Part shown: positions 27,120-38,859 of the stretch, piece by piece
How positions within the stretch are numbered: position 1 is the stretch's first letter
Layout: each line of letters begins with the position of its first letter
Origin: Obrimoposthia wandeli
Lineage: Eukaryota
Reading direction: 5' to 3'
DNA: 64,000 nt
NCBI GenBank assembly: GCA_977020255.1
Contig: CDROCS010003621.1
Location: 434,001-498,000 of the forward strand
Translations under genes and position numbers: made by a program
Notes under the pieces: generated by a model
Databases searched by the model: none
The model's input: only the letters and a program-made list of their open reading frames with translations
Told to the model about the DNA's origin: nothing

Positions 27120-27680
27120 AGTAGGTGGATGTGTCCGGTCTAATCCACACCCCCCTCCCCCCCTTGTCCTTTAAAACCGTGCATGTGTGTGGAGTGAAAT
27201 TTCGTGTAGGTGTGTGGAGTGAAATTTCACTCCACACACATGCACGGTTTTAAAGGACAAGGGGGGGGTACCCCCCTAACATTTTTTCGCGCCTTTCGGC
27301 GCGAAGGGCTCGGGACCGACATTGGTCACAGATATACGGATATCTCGTTCTCATATAGGTCACAGACTAGCTTGGCGATGTACGGATGTCTCGCTCTCAC
27401 ACCACACCACACCACTCCACACCACACCACGCCACGCCACACCACACCACACCACACCACACCACACCACACCACGCCACACCACACCACCGAAACACTC
27501 CACCCTCCGCCCGCCCCTTCGGGCGGGCTCTATTCTCACGAAAATAACTACAAAACATGCGCTACAGTATCACTTTACCTCTCACAACTACAAATGTAAA
27601 CGACCCGTGTCATACCCTAACATATACCACCCGCCCCTTCGGGGCGGGCTTCATTTTTGATCTACAGGCACAAAAAACAT
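27120..27680 (+). repeat. Left TIR (internal palindrome, 46-bp repeats, CACCA microsatellite, GC hairpins)
   Basis: Reverse complement of 42134-42816, with few substitutions. Confidence 0.95.
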
Positions 27681-27770
27681 TACAAAAATTATTTGAATAA
27701 GAGGCTCTCATTGGACAATAAAAGAGGGTTAGTACGATGTTTGTGTATATAAATTTTTCATAAATCAACA

Positions 27771-29120
27771 ATGCCATTCTACAACAACGTTGACCTAGAC
27801 GAAGAGACGGATGTTCAACTCTATGGGGATCTCTCTCCAGTGCAGCAGCGAACGCCACCACCCTCGCAATACATTGACTTAGATAGTCAAGAGTCATCGG
27901 TGGTGAGCGAAGGAGAAGCAGCAGCAAGAGCGAACCTGTTGGAAGCCTTATTGGCCAGCTCAACTCCAAGAGAAGAACCAATGAACGTGAGAGGTGGGGT
28001 ACAGAGATCCCAATATATCGATCTGACTAGTCAGGATTCGATAGAGAATTGGGAAGACTGTACTCCCAGACAAAACACAAAACCCAAGCGTCCGGCAACT
28101 TCAGCAGTAGCAGCAGGGAGATCCAATCTCTTCGATAATTTTGAGGCGGCAATCAAATGCCCCTGGAAATTGATCCCGCTGTCTCAACCGGAGAAAGTCC
28201 TCGCACCAGACTCAGACGAGGAGCTGTTCACCAATGATGTACCTTCGGATTGGGAGGAGGACTTGACTCCATTCATCGACGAATGGATACAGCCAAGTAT
28301 CGGAGCCCCTGAAGCCAACGAGTCGATGGTAGCAGAATTGGACGAGGACGAGTGGCACCTGTTCACCGACGATTGGGATGGTCTCACTCCCTCTGCTACT
28401 CCGAAAGCAGATAATACAATGCCTGAACCATTCAAAAGGCCAAAATCTCCTGTTAGGAGAATAAAACCGACGAATGAGGTTAGACATCATTTATTTTAAA
28501 TGTTTTTTAATTTCATTTTCAGAAACTTCAACTGGATATGGCACCGTCAGTGACCATGGTGGAGAGGCTAATTGAACCGCAGTACTTGGCGAGTCAATGC
28601 AGCCAGGAGCTGCCAAGGAGTCAGCTCCGATACCTAGCGTCTCCAGATAATTTTAAGGTAAATTATTTAGATATTTAATTTAATAATTCACATAGATGGA
28701 GAACATTCACGAAGAGGCGACGTCTATTCAACCGGTGGATAGGAAGCAAGCGGCAGTTAAGAAACCGCAACGCCATCGGGTCAAAACCCTCACGCGGAAG
28801 AAGGCCAAGTTGGTGAAACAGGCTAACCTGCCCATCATTGAGGTAAATTATTTATATGTTTAAATTTTATTAATATTTTGCAGGAACCCGTCCAGATATT
28901 TAAGGAGACTTGGGGAGAAGTTACTCCTTTCTCGCGGAAACGGACGAAGAGGGCAGAGGTGAAGAAGACGAGGCGCTCGAGAAAATGTAAAACCTCAATT
29001 GTTCATTATTCTGAGACGGTGATTGGCCAGCAGGAGTCCGCCCTCAAGTCAACGACGCCTGCAGGAGACTGCTTCTCCTCGTCCAACAACCAGCCAGAAC
29101 TTGAAGAGGGCCTGGGATGA
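27771..29120 (+). CDS. Spliced 408-aa acidic/basic low-complexity protein; join(27771-28478,28523-28657,28696-28842,28884-29120)
   Basis: Three phase-0 GT-AG AT-rich introns (44, 38, 41 nt). Exons of 708, 135, 147 and 237 nt are all open in one frame. Confidence 0.8.
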
Positions 29121-29505
29121 CGCTGGATTGGATGAATTCCTGGCGGAACTGGATTCACCGGCAATGCTTCCAGATTCGCGTGGGCAACATGATGCCGTCT
29201 CACGCCAGCTTCAGCGTGAGAAGGAGGAGAAACAGAAGAAAGCTCCACGGAAGAGGACTTCTACGTCGGAACCATCAACATCGGCTGCACCTCCTCCCAA
29301 AACGTTGCGGCAACTTTTGCCAAAACCTGAGGGAAGGACAATTGCTACAAAGCAACCGGTGAAGCTGAAAAAGAAACCGGGCCGGCCAAAGAAGAAGGAA
29401 CCAGTACCGCTTTCTCCTATAATACTTAGTCGGAGGGATTACGACCCGAATGATCCCAATGATGACTTCGTAAAGATGTTTAAAAATATAATTTATAAAC
29501 ATTAG
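29023..29505 (+). CDS. Basic Pro/Lys-rich ORF with AT-hook-like KKPGRPKKK; either the frameshifted true C-terminus of the previous gene or a separate ORF from ATG 29164
   Basis: GC-rich open frame overlapping exon 4 of the preceding gene. Confidence 0.55.
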   Translation: MASRSPPSSQRRLQETASPRPTTSQNLKRAWDDAGLDEFLAELDSPAMLPDSRGQHDAVSRQLQREKEEKQKKAPRKRTSTSEPSTSAAPPPKTLRQLLPKPEGRTIATKQPVKLKKKPGRPKKKEPVPLSPIILSRRDYDPNDPNDDFVKMFKNIIYKH

Positions 29506-29699
29506 TTTCATATGTTTTCTTCTTAATATTTATTTTTTTAAATGTAGAAATACTATCTTTAAGTTTATTTGCAATGATAAGTTATAGATTTATTAAACAC
29601 TCATTTGATAAATAAAAATATATCATTTAATTGGATTAAAAAATATCTTTAATTTATATATATAGGTTCAAATTTATTAACCTTTTCATAATTAAAAAA

Positions 29700-30029
29700 A
29701 TGGAATTCATTAATATGAAGAGTCTGGTGACGACGATTGAAGCAAACATCAGAATAAATGAGAAGAAAGGGGACTTAAGAAAGAGGGTTCTCAATCAAAA
29801 TTTGTATACTGCTGTCGCGACCGAGTGGAATCATCGGGTGGAGATACAGGATAGGAGGCTAGCAGAACGCCGTCGAATCGTGGAGTGGAATAAGAAGATC
29901 GAATTGGAAAAAAGGAAGGTGGATGAAAAAAGAAGAGAAGAGATGGAGGATGTTCGGCGAGCAGCAAGAAAGAGAATCCTCCAGATTAAACCGGAAGAGG
30001 GTCCTTCCACAAAAAAATTAATTTTATAG
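29700..30029 (+). CDS. 109-aa charged coiled-coil protein with LRKRVLNQN (SERTA-like) motif
   Basis: ATG ORF preceded by ATTGG and TATA; SERTA resemblance is weak. Confidence 0.6.
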   Translation: MEFINMKSLVTTIEANIRINEKKGDLRKRVLNQNLYTAVATEWNHRVEIQDRRLAERRRIVEWNKKIELEKRKVDEKRREEMEDVRRAARKRILQIKPEEGPSTKKLIL

Positions 30030-30153
30030 ATTATTATTTTGTCTTCATTGATTATGTTATAAATTGTCTAAATACTACCTCGTCATTTTAATAAATTTTT
30101 GATTAATAGTTTTTCGTTATAAACAACGGGATTTGCTACAGATTTGGGTAATT

Positions 30154-30641
30154 ATGCAGGAATATATCATAGATTTTGAGGCTTTCATTAACAAAATGGG
30201 GATTATATTATAAAAGAATTATGTATTATGGATGTATGCGACGTTTTTCATCCTTTGCATTTCATATTTCATATAGATATCCCATTTAAAAGTTTTTATT
30301 ATAAGAAAAAATTTACTAATTTATATCTAACTAAATATTTCCATTTATTAAAATGGAAAGAAGGACATAAGGCTTTTTGTGAAATATGTATTTTCGATAC
30401 TATTAAATTTAATTTTGAAATTGAAAATGGAATTTTTTATGTTTTAGATGACATGGATGGCAAAAAATATATGACTTTAAAAAAATATTTTCTTAAATTG
30501 AGGTTGAATACTTTAAATATTTCACGTGATCATCTATTAAAAATTCCACGAAATATTTGCTGTCCATATCGTAATCATGGTGACCATTGCGCATATAAAA
30601 AATGTTTAAGTCTTTCTTATTATTACTTGACATGTAGATAA
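30154..30641 (+). pseudogene. Small DEDD/DnaQ-like nuclease-fold protein with C-terminal Cys/His cluster (1-nt frameshift near 30195)
   Basis: MQEYIIDFEAF..(N)GDYIIKELCIMD...H...W..G...CCPYRNHGDHCAYKKC. Confidence 0.55.
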
Positions 30642-30841
30642 ACAATTCTTCTAATTCATAAATTTCATTCAATTACAATTAAATCTTTTGATTGGAGGAA
30701 TAAAAAAATATTTTTTTCGACCATTTAACAGATAAACAAACCTTCTCAATTTTTTAATCCAATAGGAAAAGAGCATGTGTGCATAAATTTTAGTATATAA
30801 GCAAACACTTTCTTCATTTAAATCCCCGACAATTTGAAATA

Positions 30842-33800
30842 ATGCCTATGGTAAGAATTTATTTTTATTATTTCCTTATTAATATTTATTATTTCAGATT
30901 ACTTGTAACCTATTCCCTGCGTATTGTGGTGCTTCGGCTCCACATGGAGGAGAGACCTGCATGGAGACAATGTCTGCATACTACCGGACAAAGTCTCGCG
31001 GGCTTCACTTCTTTGTCTGCCCCTTCTGCAGAACAATGGAAAAGAAGGAGTTTCGAGACTTCTTCAGTGAACATCGAGCTCATCTATCGTGTTTCACGGC
31101 CAACAACAAGAAGAGGGATATCATGCAATTGGTGCGCGATTCACAGGTCGCTCCACCTCCAATTCCAGTTGCAGTCGATCAACCCTTTTACGGTCCTGCG
31201 ATTGGTCTCCCGGCTCCTGATTCTGACCCATCCACTCAAATGTCTAACAATGAGTGGATGAATGACATATCCCAGTCAGATTTCGAGATAGAGCAGTGGA
31301 GCGATAACTCATGGTTGGAGACCATCGAGGAATCCGATTTTGTCGAGATGTCGGACGATAGCTGGATGGATTTCGTCAATGAAGAGGACTTCATTCCAGC
31401 TCAACTTGGATTGCCTTCATTAGGTATTTTTTATTATTATTTTTAAATTATATATTTTATTTTTATTATATATTTTTTATTTTTTGTTTTTTATACAGGA
31501 AGTACCATGATACAGCCGTCATCCGATAGGACAGCTATGCCTCCCCCATCTCGAGTGCCTACATCGATGTTAGCACGCCTTAGAGGTAATTTTTAAAAAT
31601 ATATTTATTTTTTAATATATTTATTTCAGCAGCACTAACCTCTACAACAGCCGCTTCTTCATCGGCAAGGTCAGCTTCAAATGCAGCCTCTACATCTGCG
31701 GCAGCATCTATTCCAGCAGCATCGTCTACACCAGCTGCGATTGCCTCAACATCGGCAGCATGTCCAATGGCAGCACCTTCAACCTCAGCTGCGATTGTGT
31801 CAACTATTAATATAAATAGTTGTCTTCCCGTTCAATTAGGGGGAGGTTTGTCAGCGACAAACGGAAGAAAGAGGCGAGGCCAATTTCTTAATAAGGTCCC
31901 ACCCAAAAAACGTAGAGAAAACGGTGCTACTATAGAGTATCACCTAAATAATAAATATGTTATAGTTAAGGTGCCATTAGGAAATGAAATTTTATTAAAC
32001 GTAGGTGTAGATTCAAATATTGAAAATCTTTTAAAATCAGAAGTGACTAAATTAGGACAGGCTAAGGTTCAATTTTGCGCAACAGTGCAGTTTAAAAATG
32101 TCAATGAGGAAACTAAAACTTGGGTAATTTCACATAAAGCAACTGTTTTTTATGATAATTTTGTAACTGAAATTGGAAGAAACCTGGATGAAAAAATTGC
32201 TAATTATAGCGAGTTAAGTAGTGGATGGACTCTAGTTAGAATTCACGATGTTAGCTTTGTTCTAACAAAGTTCACTGACATGATATATCTTTCGGGAGTT
32301 CATACATTCCTTCACCTAGATCTCTTCAACTTTCACGTTCCATTGTTAACGTACAAAACAGTGATAACCTTTGCTTTCTGTATAGCGTGTTGGCCATCCT
32401 CAAAAGGGATGTAATTACTGAGCATAGAGAGCGTGTCAGTAAATATATCCCTTTTTAAATGAATTGCAGTATCATGGAATAGATTTTCCTGTTAAATTAA
32501 CTGCGATATCAAGATTTGAACATCTTAATAACTTGAGTATTAATGTATTCAAATATAATACTGATATCCCAGTTAATGTAACAGATGAAGAAATTTTTAA
32601 AAATCCTTTTGTAGATGTAATTTATAGGAGCAAAAATGAGGGGACTCAGGTCAACTTAATTTTGCTCGAACAGAATAATAAATTCCATTATGCTGCAATT
32701 CCCAGTTTAGATCGTCTTCTAAATTTAGATAATGGAGCCTTACCGGTTAGGATAAGGTGTAAGTGGTGTCATAGATGTTTGCATGGGTTCCGATCTGAGC
32801 TCTCTTACAGCAAACATCTGACATTATGTTCACTGAATCCTGATGACAATACGCTATATAGCATGCCTAAGGATAAGGATTTAAAATTCAGGGATTGGGC
32901 AAAATGCATACCCGTGGAATTCAGGGTGTATGCAGATTTTGAGTCAATTTTAGCATTGCACGACCAGTATGAGAGTATTCACCTAACGGCTTCGGCAGGA
33001 CTACTATTCTTAGGCCCCAATATTACCCAGTATCATAAATTTTTCGGTCCAAATTGTATTTTAGATTTTATGTTAAAATTAGAAGAATTAGGAACAACAA
33101 TTGTCAAACTGTGGTATGATCTCAATGCCCATCAAGCAATGATCATGACAGGCATAGACTGGGTTAATTTTAATTCTTGTAGATTATGTTATTTGTGTGG
33201 AACCCAGTCTAAGTTAGTCAGAGATCACGATCATGTTACGGGGCGATACTTGGGAGCGGCGTGCAACCTCTGTAACCTTGGCCGTCGTCTCCCTAAAAAA
33301 CCACGCATTCCCATCGTGTTTCATAACCTCAAAGGATATGATTTGCATCATATACTTAAATACGCGTTGGGTACATTAAGCTCTTGGGAAATTTCATGTA
33401 TACCTCAAACTTCAGAGAAATATTTATCTTTAACTGCATATACTGAATTCTGCAGTTTAAGATTCATAGATTCTCTGCAGTTTTTGAGCGGGTCTTTAAA
33501 AAATTTAACGGCATCTTTAAATGCATGGCCAATTACACAGTCAGTGTTCCCAGCTTCGGTTAACGATAAGGGGATTTTTCCGTATAAATTTGCGAAAACT
33601 TTCGCAGATTTAGAAAAATACAACTAAATCCCACCCATAACTGAATTTGAGGGTGTAAGTCTTCAAGACTATAATGAGGCCCGTACATTTTGGGTGAATA
33701 ATTGTCGAAATCTTTTAGAATATATGCTTTATTATATGAAGTTAGACATTTATCTTTTAGCTGATGTTTTTGAGTCCTTTCGTGTAAAGTCTTTAGCAGA

Positions 33801-35218
33801 AGATGGGCTAGATCCCATGCATTTCTTTAGTTTACCTGGTCTTTCATGGGCAACAGCAATAAAAACTCTTAAAATTAATATCGAGTTACTGCAAGATCCG
33901 CGATGTATCAAATGTATGATTATGGTATACGCAGTTGAATGACTTTTGTCAACAAACATCATGTTGTCAAAAATCAATCCACGGAGATTCTGTACCTCGA
34001 TATTAATAATTTGTATGGGTGGGCGCTTACTCAACCTCTACCTCATGCCAACTTTAAGTGGGTTTATGATGTGGATCAGTTGAATAAGTTGATGACAGAT
34101 TTGGCTACTGTTGATACAGTTTCATCCGACGTCGGCTATTTGGTTGAGGTGGACATAAAAATCCCTCCCAATGTGCATGATAAATTAGATGATCTTCCAG
34201 TAGCGCCTGTTCATCAATGCCCACCTAATTCAAAGGTTAAGAAATTATTGTTAACCCATGAAGACAAGTTGAATTATGTTGTGCATTGGCGGCTTCTTCA
34301 ATTCTACTTAAAGTTGGGAGCGAAAGTTACTCGAATTCATCGTACTATAAGCTTCAGTCAATACTTTGTGTTTAAAGACTATATTGAGAAGAATTCAAGA
34401 AAACGTAATTTGGCCACTAGCAAATTCGATCGAGATTTTTACAAGTTAAAAAGTAATAGTCTCTTTGGAAAAACTGTAGAGGACTTGCGGAAACGTATTT
34501 GTCTACGGTTTTGCAATGATGAGCGTAAACTAATAACATATACTAGCAAGTACAACTTCAAGCGTAGTTTTACAATTGCAGATGACTTGGTAGCAGTGTT
34601 ATTAGGAAAACAGAGTATTTGTCTCGATCGACCGAGTTATATAGGTCAAACGGTTTTAGACATTTCTAAACTCAGAATGTATGAGCTTCAATACATAGAA
34701 TTGGAGAAATACCGACAAGAATTTAATTATGAGATTAAAATCACAGCTGGGACACTGACTCTTTCTTTTTAGAATGTAGGAATGTTAGTTTAAATAATCA
34801 ATTATTACCAGCAATGTTTAGGGACAACTTACTAGATACCCATAAATATCCCGCTAACCATCCTCTACACTCTATGAGTTTAAAGGACATTATCGGGAAA
34901 TTTAAGGATGAAAGCGAGGGACAGGTTTCGTATGATGATTGTATTTTCCTACGCCCTAAATGCTACAGTTTACATGCATCTAATAATACATGTTCAATGA
35001 GAGCAAAGAGTGTGGGAAGAAACAATCTTACACATGAGGCCTACCGGAAAGTTTATGATACTGGGTGTATTGAAAGCGTTGAGCAAACTAGATTTATTTC
35101 AAGAGCCCATCAACTGTATTCCCATAAATCAACAAAGATCGCTTTGAGTAGTAATGACGACAAGCGCTTTTGGGTAGAAAAGAACGCTAGCCTGGCTTAT
35201 GGACACTTCAGAATTTAA
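30842..35218 (+). pseudogene. pPolB: Protein-primed DNA polymerase B with spliced N-terminal extension; join(30842-30850,30898-31423,31499-31585,31630-...35218); several frameshifts and one in-frame stop
   Basis: SGW..., NVQNSDNLCF, ExoI VYADFES, endonuclease-VII-like CYLC...DHDHVTGRYLGAACNLCN, ExoII FHNLKGYD, KGIFPY, ExoIII LDIYLLADVFE, PolA LDINNLYG, PolB KLKSNSLFGK, PolC AG(DTDS) and PKCY. Confidence 0.95.
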
Positions 35219-35492
35219 ACGGTTTTCATTTTTTGATTTTTTTAGTTTAGTTTTTAAAAATTTAGATCCTTATGGCACTTAGACTCTAACTTATTTGTTA
35301 TTTCAATACTTTTTTAGGATGGACCTTATTTATTATGCCTTATCTTTGCTGACATATCTCATTGTGATGTTGTGATTAATAAATGTATTAAAAAAAATTG
35401 TCTTATGTCTTTTATTATTTTACCCTTATATTTTTAGAAATTTAAAAAATAATTCAAAATAAAACATTTAAATTTTTTATTTTTATAACACA

Positions 35493-36340
35493 CTAATTGT
35501 TTTGCAACGATAACCATAAAATACATAAAAATTGAAAAGAAATTAAAATGAATTTCGGTAATCTTACATCACCAAATATTTGATCCTTATTAAAAGCTTG
35601 TGTACCCGTACCTAAAGAGTAGGTTATAAGTTTAGTTTCTCTAATAGGATAACAAGCATTGTTTTTTTCCATTCCTATATTATGTCCCATTAAAACTGAT
35701 TGCTCGGTTTTAACTCTTCGGACATACAATTTTGCATCCAAAATATCAAGTCTAGGTTTTAGAATGTCCGTGCTTATCAAAGAAAAATTCCATTTATTAC
35801 GTTTCAAACGAAGATGTACATTAACACCGGGAATTAAATATTTCGGTTGTTCAAAGAAATTCAATCTCAAAGACCCACACATTTCGTAAGCTTTAGAACC
35901 TGCAATCCATTCTTTGCGAGTTGCATCAGTTTTATCATAACCAATGGTTGCCAAATTAGTATTTTGAGTATCAGTACTATAATTCAAAAGACTTTCAATC
36001 AAAGCTTTATGAGCATAGGAAGAATTTCCACCTTCAATTTTGACATTATTAAGAGTAACAATGGCATCACTAAATAAAGAATTAAATAGATAATTTATAA
36101 GTGTTACATCGGCATTTTCATCTAAATTAGTACCATCCCGATTTAATACTTTTATTTGAACATAAAGCAAAGTATCATTCAAATCTAAATACTCGCTATT
36201 GGAACCATTAATATTAAATCGGTTAAAGTGGTTCCTGAAACTGAGTTAACAAGGAATATTTCTTCAAAGGAAGCATTATCTACAACTACTTGTGGAAGCG
36301 GTTTATCAAAAATACATAATTCAGTTTTGGCGCAACTCAT
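35493..36340 (-). pseudogene. Major capsid protein (double jelly-roll), frameshift near 36215, C-terminus missing
   Basis: ATG at 36340 overlaps the upstream TGA; MSCAKTELCIFDKP...YLDLNDTLLYVQ...LFNSLFSD...KYLIPGV..L.L.R...YPIRETK; ends prematurely after LPKFILIS. Confidence 0.9.
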
Positions 36341-36714
36341 TTTGCAAATATTGTTCCTTCAACTTTCTTACGTTTGTTTATATTAATTTTTAGCTTCTTT
36401 TTACTTTTAAATCCACTACCTCCTTGGCTTTTATTTGATTTACGTTTTCTAATCAAATTAGCAACTTCAGGTAAAACATTATCAAGTTCATCAAGCGCAT
36501 GCTTCTTAAAAGTTGGTATTAGTTTATTGTCATTAGATGAAAGGTAATCCTTTCCTAATTTTGATATAAATCGCCCGAGTCTCTTTAAAAGAGGAAAGGC
36601 AAATCTACCTAATGTTCTAAGCCAGCCAGATCCGTATTGTTTACCAACAAAATATGGTAATTCTCCACCTTGTTGGCTTTGACTATAAGCTTCAATTATT
36701 GCTGGATTCGCCAT
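36337..36714 (-). CDS. Conserved Polinton virion-associated protein (QQGG/QYGSG motifs, amphipathic helix, basic tail)
   Basis: QQGGELPYFVGKQYGSGWLRTLGRFAFPLLK; lies between the minor and major capsid genes. Confidence 0.75.
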   Translation of the reverse strand: MANPAIIEAYSQSQQGGELPYFVGKQYGSGWLRTLGRFAFPLLKRLGRFISKLGKDYLSSNDNKLIPTFKKHALDELDNVLPEVANLIRKRKSNKSQGGSGFKSKKKLKININKRKKVEGTIFAK

Positions 36715-37749
36715 TTTGTTTTCTTAAATGTATTGTTAAACTTGTCTTGGCCCCGTACGTGAAATCTATTAGTTGTCCGGAATCATCTCTAATATTTACT
36801 TCAATATTGTTTATAGAAAAGAGAGAAACTGGAAGATATATTGGTTGATCTATACACATACCGACAGTGTCCCCATCTCTAGTTTCATTTTTAGATATCC
36901 ATATTGTTCTCAAAAGTGGAACTCGCTGTCCTCCTACAAGCGTTGGTCCTATTAAATTAGTATAAATATATAAATGATTAACAGCATTTAAAAGTTTTGC
37001 CTTATTTTTAGCTTTAATGGTTTTTATTGTATGGGTTTCAAAGGTATTTCTGTTTAAACCAAGGTTTTTAGCGAGTTTATCATCAAATGAAACTCGTTTT
37101 ATATTGCTCTTTACTGTAAACGTTAATTTACCATTTAATGTTTCACATTTATCCAAATATTCACTACATTCCTTCTGTATTAATTTACAGAAATTCACTT
37201 CACTATCTATTTTATAATCTTTTGAAAACGTTTTCAGTTCCACTACAGTCTTTGGTCTCGTTTCAAGTAACAACACTTTTGCTACTCTACCAGGAACATT
37301 TCTAACCGAATTAGATGAGATAATATCCCGTTTATTACGAGCTACTGTTTGTTCACTATCAAAACTGAATTGAAGAGCTTCTTTTTTAGATTCAAAATTA
37401 ATTTTAATAACTTGAAGAAATTTTAATCGATTTTTAAATCTGACTTTGTTATTTTCAAATATTACTTTCACTTCTTTATCTATACAATTGTAATAGAATT
37501 GTCCTTTACTATCAAACCCGATCACAACTTCAGTTGTTTTTTCATGATCAACTTCTTTTGTAAACGAAATATGTGAGTTTTTTTGATAGTAATTGGAGAA
37601 TAATAAAAAGAAAATTCTGTTAAAGCCGCTTCCCATTCTCCTTGGAGATTTATAGAATTTTCCCAATCGATAATAAAGCTACTAGCGTCATTATCTGGTT
37701 GAGTCTTCGGACATCCGTTACTTGGTAAAACCATATAGATAGAATTCAT
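36692..37749 (-). pseudogene. Minor capsid (penton-like) protein, one frameshift near 37600
   Basis: N-terminal YMVLPSN...P.N..SSF...L.GEWEAALTEF; C-terminal LYIYTNLI...VGGQRVPLLRTI...YLPV...IEVNIRDDSG..IDF...LTIHLR. Confidence 0.88.
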
Positions 37750-38827
37750 ATTATATTATATGCTGATATCCAAGTTGGGTTTGAATAACCATGCCATTTA
37801 ACAAAGTATTGTTTATGTTTACCTGTACCCTTAGATTTTAATATTTTTTGAATACGGAAAACGCTAGGTTTATTTGATATTACTTGTAGTTCTTGCTCGT
37901 AAAATTTACCGTGAACGATATTATTGTCAGCATCTTTAATAGTATACATTATTGGATTACTCTTTTGATCAATTTTACTTATACAAAATATTTCATCGCT
38001 CCAATTCTGATCAAAGTTTTTAATAAATGGAGTAGAGCTAATTTTCGAAATTCGAACATATTCGTTTTTCTTATATTTAGCTTTTTTAATTTTATCTTTT
38101 TTATTCCTGTTCATCCAAATGTCCATAGAGTTTTTATTAGTAACATCAACAGGTCTCATTCCCTTGAGACCTCTATGTTCAGAGAGATTATATGCATGTA
38201 TTATTTTAGGTAAAACTTGGATCCATTTTTTATTTCCTTCTTTTGTGAAATACTTTTTATTCGATCTCTTAGAGTACGATTAAATCTTTCTACTACTGCT
38301 GCTTTGTATTGTGAAAACACAGAGTAATGATTTATATTATTTTGTTTAAATAATGATTGAACTTGCTTATTATAAAATTCTTTTCCTAAATCAGTTTGCA
38401 CATTTTGTGGAATGTCCTCTTTTAATATTTCTTTAATGGCTTCAAGCATAGCTATCGAAGACTTTGCTTTAACTGGAATTGCACGAGAAAACCTGCTAAA
38501 TACATCAATACATGTTAAAATATATCGATATCCCTTATTAATGGAAGAATATGGGATCATCTCCATCAAATCCATTTGCCATAAATTATTAGGACCGCTG
38601 GTTTTGTAAGCTCTAGTTGGAAACCTTCTTCTCATCAGCTTGTTCAGACTGTAGGCTAACTGATCGCTCAGCCATTTCTGCGTTTTCTTGTAATTTTGTT
38701 TTGTTCTTTTTGTTAATTTTGAAACTCCTGTGTAGCCAATTGGATCTTTTGGATTGAACCATATCTTATCCATTACAACAATTTGAATAGAAAGAAAATT
38801 TAAGTTTAGGTAAAGAAGGGCTAGCAC
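37746..38827 (-). pseudogene. Retroviral-like (rve) integrase with C-terminal chromodomain, frameshift near 38200
   Basis: WQMDL, CIDVFSRF, VQTDLGKEF, VERFNRTL (DDE); KQYFVKWHGYS..TWI chromodomain. Likely start ATG at 38773. Confidence 0.95.
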
Positions 38828-38859
38828 CCATATCTTTAGCTGATTTTAGAAATAATTGT

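Noticed and set aside
27210-27660. ORFs with HHTTP/TPHH repeats
   Set aside because: Translation of the TIR CACCA microsatellite.
28987-29033. A fourth intron linking the left-end gene to the AT-hook frame
   Set aside because: None of the AG acceptors (29015, 29030, 29033) gives the right phase from the GT at 28987.
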